A DNA stretch of 61,367 nucleotides, the filler included, from an uncultured Thermoplasmatales archaeon (GTDB lineage: Archaea; Thermoplasmatota; E2; DHVEG-1): assembly GCA_964517155.1 (NCBI GenBank). It is 5 parts of 5 records of this genome, joined end to end, with 100 filler letters (N's around TTAATTAATTAA, not from the genome) between each part and the next. Parts side by side here need not be neighbours in the genome. Positions count along the whole stretch, not along the records: positions 48,909 to 61,367 come from CAZFAZ010000061.1; 4 more parts are not named here. One strand, 5' to 3'. This document shows, in pieces, positions 51,637 to 60,779 of this stretch. Made by a program: the position numbers and the translations under genes. The notes below the pieces were generated by a model. That model saw nothing but the letters and a program-made list of their open reading frames with translations, searched no databases and was not told the origin of the DNA. Each line of letters opens with the position of its first letter. Within the stretch, counting starts at the first letter, position 1.

Positions 51637-51815
51637 ATCAATTTTCACCTTCATTAGAATCAACTGTGTTTCTAGATGTTAGTGGCGTATCTATCTTAAT
51701 TATAAAACGATATCGGTGAATAATTTTCAAAAAAATATGTGGAGGGAGAGGGGTTTTTAAAAAAAATAAAAATGTTGATGGGATGGGAATATGTAGTTAC
51801 CCCTCTCAATTTTTT

Positions 51816-53984
51816 TTAGTTTAATTCAACAGTATTTATTTCACTTAAATCCTGTAGATTATTAATTTTTACTAAATTGTCTGAAATTGTGTAAAGGACA
51901 TCGTTGATGTAAAGCGTTCTTTTTATTGAATTACCGTAATCTGAATACCAATAATAGTTGTACTCATCATAATTTGTAGTTTCTTCTCCATGCTCAATAA
52001 CTCCTTTGAGTTCTAAGCCACCTTCAAGTGTTATATTAAACACATATGCAGATTGTTTATAGTAGTCTCCAGTGGGTATAACTAAAAGGTTTTTTTCTTT
52101 GTCAAATAAGAAGGCTTTATGCTCACTTAATGCATAAGATTGCCCCCAGCCCCAATCGTTATCATCTTGCTTTATTATGTATTTTGAAAGCTCAACAGGG
52201 TTTTGTACATCGACAACATCAAATAATGATATTTTTATGTTATTGTTTTCCATTCCTATGCCTATTATATGTGTGCTATCGTATGGGTGAAGATATGTTG
52301 AATAACCTGGTATTTTTAGCTCTCCTAAAACTTCAGGGTTTCTTGGGTCTGATAAATCTATTACAAAGAAGGGATCTATCTCTCTGAAGGTTACTAGATA
52401 GCATTTATCAATTAAGAATCTTGTAGCATATATTGTTTCACCTGGTGCAAGACCTTCAAGTTTACCTATGATTTCTAAATCCATATCTAAAACATATATG
52501 TTGTTTTGTGTTTCTATAAACGAGTTAAGTATACTTCTAAACATCCATCCCTGTGTTGTTGATGATACTCTGAGTATTCCATTCCATTCGCTTAACGAGA
52601 ACTGGTTGCTTACTTGACCTGGAACCTGGCCTTGTGATTCATAAGTTATTTCACCGTCTTTTATAGCTATTCTATGTATTGTTGTTCTTTCAAATTGCAA
52701 TATTAGTTCTCTATGTAAATACATTTTTTCTTCTTCTGTTAAAGAGTTTGTAAAGTTTTGAAGTATCCATTCTGTTACAGTTTTTTTCTGATATTCATTT
52801 AATGTAGCAAAAGATTTAATTTGCTCAATTTCAGATTTGTAGTTATCTGGTAAAAGGGGTGTTAAAACTTCTTGAATTGTTGTCTGAAGTAAATTATAAT
52901 CATAATTGCTACTGTAGTATGTTATGTATATGTTTTCTTTTGAAACATATAAAACTTGGCTGTTTCCCAGAAGATATATTTTTGCATTAATCTCTTGCTC
53001 GTCATCATGAACATTTACTGATACGATATTTGTTAAAGTTTTACTTTCTTTAAGGATATCAACATAAATGATATCATCAAGAGCTATATCTTGAACTTCG
53101 TTGTTTATCATAATTCTTGGGATAATTGAATAATTTTCATCTAAGTTATAAAGCTCATAAGAATATTGGTTTGTAATTAAATATACAAAATCACCTATTA
53201 ATCTTGATCCTGAGAAATGACCTGGAACTACAACATTTTTGACTTCTTCAGGATTGTTTAAATCTTGTAAATCATAAACAAGTATATGGGTTTCAGGTGA
53301 GCTGTACCATATAACAGGTGATACAATATCATCTGTTATTTTTTCTATTTCATTTGAATCTTCATCTGTTACAGAGTCGTCTACACTGATAGGTTGAATA
53401 AAAACTGGTTCATCATATAGTATTGGATAATTATAATTATTACAAAAAATAACAAGTCTGTCGCCGCTTATAAAAATATTAATAATACTATGTGAACTAT
53501 CAACTGTTATCTCAGATATAATCTCTGCGTCATCTGCAGGATTTGCCTTTACAATAATTACTTTGTTATTAGATACAATATAAAGATATATTCCATCTGT
53601 TTTTACAATATCTGGCTCATCAACACCTGCGACTTGAACATTAGTCTGAGAGTAGTCAACAAGCTCTCCACCTTCTTTTGATATAGAACTTAAAAGATCA
53701 AAGTTGGAAAAATCAGCATCAATGCTTTCCGAATCAATACCAAGACGCATACCGCTGGTAAGCATACCTGAACTAGGCCAATAATAACTGGTTTGACTGG
53801 TTTCTTTTAAAAATCTTGTAAATTCATTATAAGAACTAAAAGTTTTAAGATCAGAATATTTAGGAATAAAATTAACAGATTCACCTGTTACAACAGGCTG
53901 CATATTCATACTATATACAAAACTAACAATTATTATAATGCTTGCAAGAAACAATCCGCTTATTTTCAAATTTTTATCATTCAT
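51816..53984 (-). CDS. Secreted beta-propeller domain protein
   Basis: YSQTNVQVAGVDEPDIVKTDG, NQFSLSE, GELKIPGYSTYLHP. Confidence 0.9.
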   Translation of the reverse strand: MNDKNLKISGLFLASIIIIVSFVYSMNMQPVVTGESVNFIPKYSDLKTFSSYNEFTRFLKETSQTSYYWPSSGMLTSGMRLGIDSESIDADFSNFDLLSSISKEGGELVDYSQTNVQVAGVDEPDIVKTDGIYLYIVSNNKVIIVKANPADDAEIISEITVDSSHSIINIFISGDRLVIFCNNYNYPILYDEPVFIQPISVDDSVTDEDSNEIEKITDDIVSPVIWYSSPETHILVYDLQDLNNPEEVKNVVVPGHFSGSRLIGDFVYLITNQYSYELYNLDENYSIIPRIMINNEVQDIALDDIIYVDILKESKTLTNIVSVNVHDDEQEINAKIYLLGNSQVLYVSKENIYITYYSSNYDYNLLQTTIQEVLTPLLPDNYKSEIEQIKSFATLNEYQKKTVTEWILQNFTNSLTEEEKMYLHRELILQFERTTIHRIAIKDGEITYESQGQVPGQVSNQFSLSEWNGILRVSSTTQGWMFRSILNSFIETQNNIYVLDMDLEIIGKLEGLAPGETIYATRFLIDKCYLVTFREIDPFFVIDLSDPRNPEVLGELKIPGYSTYLHPYDSTHIIGIGMENNNIKISLFDVVDVQNPVELSKYIIKQDDNDWGWGQSYALSEHKAFLFDKEKNLLVIPTGDYYKQSAYVFNITLEGGLELKGVIEHGEETTNYDEYNYYWYSDYGNSIKRTLYINDVLYTISDNLVKINNLQDLSEINTVELN

Positions 53985-54264
53985 TTTTTTATCACACCTT
54001 TTTTAACCTGTATTTTATGATTATATCTGTTTTGCTTTATATATAGTTTGAAAACGTTTGGGAAAAACCGAACGAAAATCCTAATAGAGAGTACAATAAT
54101 TATATGATATTATTTATTTTTAAATTTTTATTAATACTTTCAATGATCCCTATAACAGATATATAAATGACAAAAACATCTAATTTTTAGAGTTCCTTAG
54201 AAAAATATTAATATTTGAACATAACATACATAATATACGTAATAAACGTAAAAGGTGATAAAAA

Positions 54265-54489
54265 ATGGTTAGCATGACATTAGCAATCCCAAAAGAATTG
54301 AAAAAAGACATGGAACTCTACCCTGAAATAAATTGGTCAGAAGTTGCAAGAGCCGCAATTAAAAGAAAGATACAAATCTTAAAAGAGATGAATAGACTTC
54401 TTGCAAATAGTACATTTACCGAAGAAGACGCAATAATATTCGGTCATAAAGTAACAAAGAAAGTTGCAAAAAAATTTGAGAGAGTATGA
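54265..54489 (+). CDS. RHH-type antitoxin
   Basis: MTLAIPKELKKDM...EINWSEVAR; upstream of PIN gene. Confidence 0.85.
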   Translation: MVSMTLAIPKELKKDMELYPEINWSEVARAAIKRKIQILKEMNRLLANSTFTEEDAIIFGHKVTKKVAKKFERV

Positions 54490-54492
54490 TGA

Positions 54493-54903
54493 ATGGATCT
54501 AGTTATTGATGCAAATATATTATTTTCAGCTTTAATAAAAAATGGAAAAACAAGAGAGCTTATGCTATTTGATAGACTTAAATTATATAGTGCAGAATAT
54601 TTATTCGAGGAATTTGAAAAACATTTTAATGAAATTAAGTTAAAAACTAATGTAGATACTATTGAATTAAAAGATATCTTAGAATTGTTAATTTTAGAAT
54701 CAAACATCACAATTATAACTATGCAAGATATTAAACCTTTTAAAGAAACAGCAAAGAAAATATCTCCAGATCCAAAAGATGCTTTCTATTTTGCAGTAGC
54801 TTTAAAATTAAATTGTGCTATTTGGTCTAACGATAAGAGATTAAAGAACCAAAAATATGTAAAAGTTTATTCGACATCTGAACTTATACAAATTTTAAAA
54901 TGA
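54493..54903 (+). CDS. PIN-domain toxin
   Basis: VIDANILFSAL, PDPKD, IWSNDKRL. Confidence 0.9.
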   Translation: MDLVIDANILFSALIKNGKTRELMLFDRLKLYSAEYLFEEFEKHFNEIKLKTNVDTIELKDILELLILESNITIITMQDIKPFKETAKKISPDPKDAFYFAVALKLNCAIWSNDKRLKNQKYVKVYSTSELIQILK

Positions 54904-54911
54904 AAATTATT

Positions 54912-56237
54912 TTAGATCGCTTTAATTTCTTCCTTAAATTTAATACCAATTCCTTCAAGTTCATCAAGAATTGGATTATAAATCTGGGGAATAACTGGTA
55001 TATGCACCCCTGTGATATTTATTTTACCTGAAAGTATCATTTTAACTGCAATTGCTGCAGGTATACTAACCGTTCTTGCAACAGATGAATCATCACCAAG
55101 AATTCCATAATCAACCAATGTTGAAGTAATATATTCTTTTTTAGAAGGATATTTGGCAACAAACTCATGATGCATAACAATCATATCTCGCTCATTTTCA
55201 CCAAGTATCATCTTTTTTAGTGTTAAAACATTTAGATAATCAAGCGGGTTATCTTTATCAGATGGTAGTTTTTCATCGCTAAATAATCCAAGCCACTCAA
55301 GTCTTTTAATAACAGTTGAATAAGGTTTAAGACCTAAAAATTTAGCAGTTACCTTAACTAATTCATCATTTGGCTTGGCATCAACTAATTTTTTTGTTAC
55401 ATCAGCATATGTTTTACCTTCAAAATTTTTCAAAGGCTCTTCAGACAACCAGCCAAGTGCTACAACATTTCTCATGGTTTCACACCAACCAGTCATGCGA
55501 AATGTTCCACGATAAACAGTATTTGCATCTTTAAGACCATATATTTCTTTATACGGCACAGAGTTGCGGTTAGGATAATTTTCAAAACTTCCAACACCGG
55601 GTACATCCTGTATGTAATAGTTTTCAAAAAGTTCTTCACCAGGATACTCTTTTATTTTACCATCTTCAAGCCATCTAGAAGGATTTTTAGATGCCAAAAG
55701 TACACCTCGGGGCGCCCAAGAAAACTTATAGCCAAAAGGATTATTGTTTACTTCATAAGAGGGAAGTGCACCAGTGGATGATTTAAAATTTGTAACCTTA
55801 CCGCCTTTTTCCTCAACCTCATGTATAACCCGCATAGCACTCATATGATCAATACCTGGGTCAAGACCGCATTCGTTAAGAATTAAGATACCAGCATTTT
55901 TTGCAATTTTATCAAGTTCTTTCATTGCATCTGATACATAAGATGTTGTAACCATAGGTTTTTTGTGTTTAATACAGTACACTGCAACTTTAACATGATA
56001 TGTATAAGGCAGAAGACTTACAGCAATATCTGATTCAGATACCAACTTTTCAAGCAATTTATCGTCTTTAACATCAAGTTTTACTGCTTTGCCTCTTGGA
56101 TTTTTTGCAATTATCTTTTCTACTTTTTCAACTGTTCTACTAGCCATTACTACATTAAAATCGGTTTTTTTAAAAAAATATTTAATCATTGGTCTTGAGA
56201 CCATTCCTGCGCCAAGAACCAAAACTGTTTTTGTCAA
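54912..56237 (-). CDS. Saccharopine dehydrogenase (glutamate-forming type)
   Basis: VLGAGMVS, VTTSYVS, ECGLDPGIDH, YKFSWAPRG, YPNRNS; TTG start 56237. Confidence 0.92.
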   Translation of the reverse strand: MTKTVLVLGAGMVSRPMIKYFFKKTDFNVVMASRTVEKVEKIIAKNPRGKAVKLDVKDDKLLEKLVSESDIAVSLLPYTYHVKVAVYCIKHKKPMVTTSYVSDAMKELDKIAKNAGILILNECGLDPGIDHMSAMRVIHEVEEKGGKVTNFKSSTGALPSYEVNNNPFGYKFSWAPRGVLLASKNPSRWLEDGKIKEYPGEELFENYYIQDVPGVGSFENYPNRNSVPYKEIYGLKDANTVYRGTFRMTGWCETMRNVVALGWLSEEPLKNFEGKTYADVTKKLVDAKPNDELVKVTAKFLGLKPYSTVIKRLEWLGLFSDEKLPSDKDNPLDYLNVLTLKKMILGENERDMIVMHHEFVAKYPSKKEYITSTLVDYGILGDDSSVARTVSIPAAIAVKMILSGKINITGVHIPVIPQIYNPILDELEGIGIKFKEEIKAI

Positions 56238-56302
56238 AATTTTCTTACCCCCCTGTAATTTAATTATGCATATCATTTTCAAGCCGGGGAAAAGAAAATT
56301 GG

Positions 56303-57601
56303 CTATAAATATTTACTGATATATTGATAATCAGGTGTCAGTTTACCCTGATGTAAAATAACTGCTTTTTTTATTTCAGCAGGTAAATCTAAGCTTTCAA
56401 AAGTTGATTTGTAATCTGCTTTAACAATATTTGGAACAAAATTTATAAGTGAATCGCTAAAAGCAGTTGATGACTCGCGTGGTAGCTCACAAGGCAGGTT
56501 ATCAACAGACATTACAACAACCCCGCTTCCCTTATATCCATCGATTATATCATCTCTTATAGGATTGTAGATAAATACCGGATTTCCCGGTGTTGTGATT
56601 TTTTCTGTAAATTCTATTGCACCGTTTACATCAACACTTATATCACCTACAGCCTGCAGCTTCATTTCACCGGTGTAGTTTTCCTCTAAAAATTCTTTTG
56701 TTATAAGCCTAGGATAACGTTCATCCCAATATATACAATTCATAAGAATAGATAGTTTTCTGATATATTTATGAAATATACTTCTGTAAAGATGAGGTTT
56801 ATTGTAATATTCTGAAAGATTAAACATTACTTCATTTGATACAGGCTCAACCATGTCTTCTTCCTTAAATACTACTTTGTAGATTACTTTATCAGAATAG
56901 TTTTCATGGATTGCCTCAAGTTGACGTGGGCCTATTTCTTCAACAGGCAGCATATCAAGTATTTCTTGAGCACCTTTTGAAACATTACCATATCCTGCAA
57001 AACCAACAACAATTGGTGCAAGAAAATCAGGGATTGTCTCTTGCTGTATTTTTTTTCCGATTTCTCGCAGATGCTTTTTTGCTTCATCAAGACTGCTGTA
57101 GTTCATCGTTTGTTTAATTTCACTGAGAGGTGTTTCTATTCCTCGCCATTTAACATGTTGGCCAAAAGCCCATAGTGTATCTATCATACCTGCAAGACCT
57201 GCGTATCTGCCAAAAAACACTAAACGACGGTTTTTATCATCTGTTATTTTTTCATAATCAATAAGTGTGCAACTTTGTTTCATCATATGTTTTAACATTG
57301 GCATGTTTTTTTCTTGACCTTTTATGACATGAGCAAAAAAAACATATGTTTTGTTTTTTTCAAAAAAATCAATTGGCATTTCTTTTACTGCAAAAACTAC
57401 ATTTGCATCTTTTAGGTTTTCATCAACTTTTGCACCTATTTCTTCGTATTCTTCATCATGAAAAGTTCTTATTTTTGACGGCTGAATTATAGTATTTATA
57501 TCATGTTTTTCTTTTAATTTTTTAACATGCTCAGGAATAATTGGTACTCTTTTTTCCCAGATGTTTTTATCTTCCCTTCTTATACCAAGTGTAAAGCTCA
57601 T
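56303..57601 (-). CDS. Lysine-ketoglutarate reductase-like (AlaDH/PNT fold)
   Basis: GIRREDKNIWEKRVP, LIDYE, FGRYAGLAG, GYGNVSKGA, DISVD, VDNLPCELPRESS. Confidence 0.9.
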   Translation of the reverse strand: MSFTLGIRREDKNIWEKRVPIIPEHVKKLKEKHDINTIIQPSKIRTFHDEEYEEIGAKVDENLKDANVVFAVKEMPIDFFEKNKTYVFFAHVIKGQEKNMPMLKHMMKQSCTLIDYEKITDDKNRRLVFFGRYAGLAGMIDTLWAFGQHVKWRGIETPLSEIKQTMNYSSLDEAKKHLREIGKKIQQETIPDFLAPIVVGFAGYGNVSKGAQEILDMLPVEEIGPRQLEAIHENYSDKVIYKVVFKEEDMVEPVSNEVMFNLSEYYNKPHLYRSIFHKYIRKLSILMNCIYWDERYPRLITKEFLEENYTGEMKLQAVGDISVDVNGAIEFTEKITTPGNPVFIYNPIRDDIIDGYKGSGVVVMSVDNLPCELPRESSTAFSDSLINFVPNIVKADYKSTFESLDLPAEIKKAVILHQGKLTPDYQYISKYL

Positions 57602-57671
57602 GAGGATAAAACCTCCTATATCTTAGGCCTTCATCTAGTTTGGTTTTAAAAATGTTATCTAATAAAAAAAA

Positions 57672-58082
57672 TTACTTTTTGATTTGTTTAAGATATTCGT
57701 CAGATTTCATAATTTTTATTAATTTATATTTGTAATTCAAGAGATCCTTGTCCCCCGTGATAATATATTTACACTTTGTAGCTTTGGCGCATGCAATTAC
57801 ATGTGCATCATATTTATCTCTTAAACTCTCAAAAGTCTTAATTTCCTTTTCGTAAATCTTCCTTTTAATAACTTCCATTTCAGATGTTTTTATGAATTTT
57901 TCAAACATGTGTAGATACTCTGGAAATTTTTTCATAAAAACTCGGGTTGCTTCTTGCATTATGTGTTCTGAAATGTAAATCTTATCTCCTTCACTTATAC
58001 AGCGGATTATCAATTCTAATTCTTTTTTATCAAATACAATTGCAGAGATTATTATGTTTGTATCTATAAATATTCTATTCAT
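57672..58082 (-). CDS. PIN-domain toxin
   Basis: IFIDTNIIISA, RDKYD, ITGDKDLL; TAATG coupling to the antitoxin. Confidence 0.9.
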   Translation of the reverse strand: MNRIFIDTNIIISAIVFDKKELELIIRCISEGDKIYISEHIMQEATRVFMKKFPEYLHMFEKFIKTSEMEVIKRKIYEKEIKTFESLRDKYDAHVIACAKATKCKYIITGDKDLLNYKYKLIKIMKSDEYLKQIKK

Positions 58083-58333
58083 TAAGTCCAAACTTCTTTA
58101 CGAGATTCAAAAATGACTTTTTCGATTTCTTTTTTTGTAATCTTTTTATCTTTGGCACTTTTCTGGATTATATCACTTATCTCTTTTAGTTTTAATCCAA
58201 CTTTTTTCATAATGATATAATCTCCGATTATATCTACTGCAATATATGTATCTTTATTTATATGCAATTTTTTTCTTACATGTGAAGGTAATGTTACCTG
58301 ACCTTTGCTAGTTACTTTTATTACTTCTGTCAT
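58082..58333 (-). CDS. AbrB/MazE-family antitoxin
   Basis: KVTSKGQVTLPSHVRKKL. Confidence 0.92.
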   Translation of the reverse strand: MTEVIKVTSKGQVTLPSHVRKKLHINKDTYIAVDIIGDYIIMKKVGLKLKEISDIIQKSAKDKKITKKEIEKVIFESRKEVWT

Positions 58334-58349
58334 ACAACACCATATTAAT

Positions 58350-58364
58350 GTAAGAATTCCTTAC
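58350..58364. promoter_or_regulatory. Palindromic AbrB operator candidate
   Basis: GTAAG-AATTC-CTTAC between a TTTATAAA box and the start codon. Confidence 0.6.
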
Positions 58365-58488
58365 TATTTATAAATTGTGCTAACACAATATAATAAAAAT
58401 AGCAAAATACGTCTCATAAAAAATTACTTTTAATAAACCCCCAACAACTAATAAATAACTAAAAAATGGTTAGGTTTTTTTATATCTT

Positions 58489-58761
58489 ATGAAAAATGAG
58501 GAAAAGATAGATAAAAATACTGTTATCTCTGCATCAGAGATAGGGCAATACTATTATTGCTCAATTGCGTGGCATCTTCAGAGAAAGGGTTTTAAACCAG
58601 AGTCTGAACTGCTTGAAAAAGGCCAGAAAAAACATGATGAATTAGGTAGGCTGATAAATAGAACTGAGAAAAAAATGGTAAAATCAAGGATACTTGCGGT
58701 GATGGGCTATATAATTTTATTTTTTAGTATTTTAATATTTATTTTTGAGGTGATTTTATAG
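58489..58761 (+). CDS. N-terminal half of a split Cas4-like nuclease, C-terminal TM helix
   Basis: ISASEIGQYYYC...GQKKH then ILAVMGYIILFFSILIFIFEVIL. Confidence 0.8.
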   Translation: MKNEEKIDKNTVISASEIGQYYYCSIAWHLQRKGFKPESELLEKGQKKHDELGRLINRTEKKMVKSRILAVMGYIILFFSILIFIFEVIL

Positions 58762-58769
58762 AAAAAATC

Positions 58770-59288
58770 ATGATTTTAAGTTTACTTATTATTTTTTCAA
58801 TTTTTTTGATTATACTCTCTAAAATTTTAAAAAATAAAGCTGAAAAAATTAGGAAGAAGAATAAAATTCAATCTGGTAAAATTACATATTCTGATATTCA
58901 TAGAATTGAACATGCCTTATTTTCAAAAAAATACATGATAGCAGGTAAACCAGATTATGTTGTTGAAAGAAAAGGATGCAGGATACCTGTTGAATTAAAA
59001 ACTGGATGCAGCAGTCGTCCTAAAAGCAATCATATCTATCAGCTTGCAGCATATTGTCATTTACTTGAGGAAAACTATGGTGCTTTTGTACCCTACGGAA
59101 TTCTTGTGTATAACAACTCTTGCGAATACAAGATACCTTTTGACCCAAAAATTCGTTTTGAGTTGGAAAATACAATTAAAAAGATGAGATATAGCATAAG
59201 AACAGGAAATATTACGTTAAATCATGATGATCCTCAAAGATGTATTGTATGCTCAATGAAAAATCATTGCGATAAAAAAATAATTTGA
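58770..59288 (+). CDS. C-terminal half of a split Cas4-like (PD-(D/E)xK) nuclease, N-terminal TM helix
   Basis: GKPDY, PVELKTG, QLAAY, CIVCSMKNHC. Confidence 0.88.
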   Translation: MILSLLIIFSIFLIILSKILKNKAEKIRKKNKIQSGKITYSDIHRIEHALFSKKYMIAGKPDYVVERKGCRIPVELKTGCSSRPKSNHIYQLAAYCHLLEENYGAFVPYGILVYNNSCEYKIPFDPKIRFELENTIKKMRYSIRTGNITLNHDDPQRCIVCSMKNHCDKKII

Positions 59289-59361
59289 TTTGTATTTTTT
59301 TAACAAATTTTATAAGTACTTATTTTATTACATAATATTGACCGTGGAGGCGGTTATTAGT

Positions 59362-59577
59362 ATGGGAGAGGATTTAACATTTCAAGATGGAATATTATTA
59401 TGTAAATATATCTATCAAAGTGCGATTGATAAAACACTTAATGGCGTAATTGAGCAAGAAGAAATATTTTACAAAGCCCATGATATGCTAAATAAAATTG
59501 ATAAAGGTTTTTCCAATGAGCGCCTTGAGCAATTACTTTATATGCTTAATATGGAAAAACTTTATGCAAAAATGTAA
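59362..59577 (+). CDS. Hypothetical protein
   Basis: GGAGG upstream of ATG 59362; 71 aa. Confidence 0.65.
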   Translation: MGEDLTFQDGILLCKYIYQSAIDKTLNGVIEQEEIFYKAHDMLNKIDKGFSNERLEQLLYMLNMEKLYAKM

Positions 59578-59581
59578 AAAA

Positions 59582-59776
59582 TTATTTTTTACCAATCATT
59601 TCAAATGCTTCATTTAGAAATGCTCTTTCTTCAGGTGTTGGTGACCAGCTAAAACCATCTTCTTCTTTTGTAAAATTTGGAGCAGTTTGATCAAATTTTG
59701 CAAGAAGGCTGAGTTTTCCAGTACTAGGATTGCGGCTTATCTCAAGTTTAATATGAATATTCTGGTTTTTATTCAT
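59582..59776 (-). CDS. Small hypothetical protein
   Basis: 64 aa, GAGGA RBS. Confidence 0.7.
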   Translation of the reverse strand: MNKNQNIHIKLEISRNPSTGKLSLLAKFDQTAPNFTKEEDGFSWSPTPEERAFLNEAFEMIGKK

Positions 59777-59999
59777 TTTTTATTCCTCTTTTCCACCTTT
59801 GTTTTTTAAAAGTAATTAGATTTGTTAGTATTATATTTTTTCATTTGTTTTGTGTTATAATGATAGATTTTATATGTAACTTATTTATATCAATTTGATT
59901 AGGAGAGATTATAAAACTATAAGGGTTGATTAATATGCAGGATGGCTCCATTGTAATTAAATTATTTAGAAATGGTCTTGAAAAGGGACCTGAGTATAA

Positions 60000-60500
60000 A
60001 GTTACTGTGTATGATAGTGGCCGGAGATATACTAGTTTTTTGAAATATGGAGGTTACGGCTTTTAGAGACGAAATATCGCCGAATCTGAACAGCGACATG
60101 CCGCGGATCCTGAAAATGAACCATGCCGCGAATACTGAACGACGGTCTTTATAGGATGAGATTTTATGCCGCAGAGATTGAATGCCATTGATGCATGCTT
60201 TTTGCCGCATGGATCGAATGATATTGATGATGCACGATATTTTGCTTTCTACGTAAGAAAACGCTTGTTGATATGCCGCGCTGTCTGAATAGCATTGATG
60301 CGGTTGTTATGCCGCACATGCTGAATGGCGATGCGGAAATTAAATATATTGCGCTAACGTAATGCCATTGATGCTGATGTTATGCCGCGCTGACTGAATG
60401 GCGTTGTGGATTTTCAAGGATTGCAATTTCTTCATGCCATTGATATATGTCTCATACCGCGCAGATCGAATGTCGATGAAAGGGTTTTAGGCTTTATTTT
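60000..60500 (+). repeat. Degenerate array of the same 18-bp motif with ~36-bp period (copy R of the dispersed element)
   Basis: ATGCCGC-N6-TGAA(C/T)-type units start at 60074, 60098, 60123, 60166, 60202, 60273, 60309, 60346, 60382, 60454. Confidence 0.88.
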
Positions 60501-60779
60501 TTGTTGTTGGTTGTTTATTGTTTTATGGGTTTTTAATCAAGTTGATGAATAAAGGTAGGTAAAACAGATGACAGTGTTTTTCAGTGACGGATATGGTAAT
60601 GGGTTAAAAACATTGTATATATCACAATTGAAGACGATCAGAGTTGATTGCTGAAAAAATGATGAAAAGATGTTTTTTTGTTTCCTATACCATATCTATG
60701 ATGTCTTAGATTATCCTTATCTTCTTTTATCTTCAATTGGTTATTATTTGATTTTAGATTATGCTTTTGAAATGCTTGT

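Noticed and set aside
59935..60210. ORFs 59935-60066 (+) and 59962-60210 (-)
   Set aside because: Overlap the repeat element, have no recognisable domain and no evident counterpart in copy L.
58489..60500. CRISPR-Cas locus, casposon or TIGR-Tas system
   Set aside because: No cas1, PolB, terminal inverted repeats or Nop-domain gene in view.
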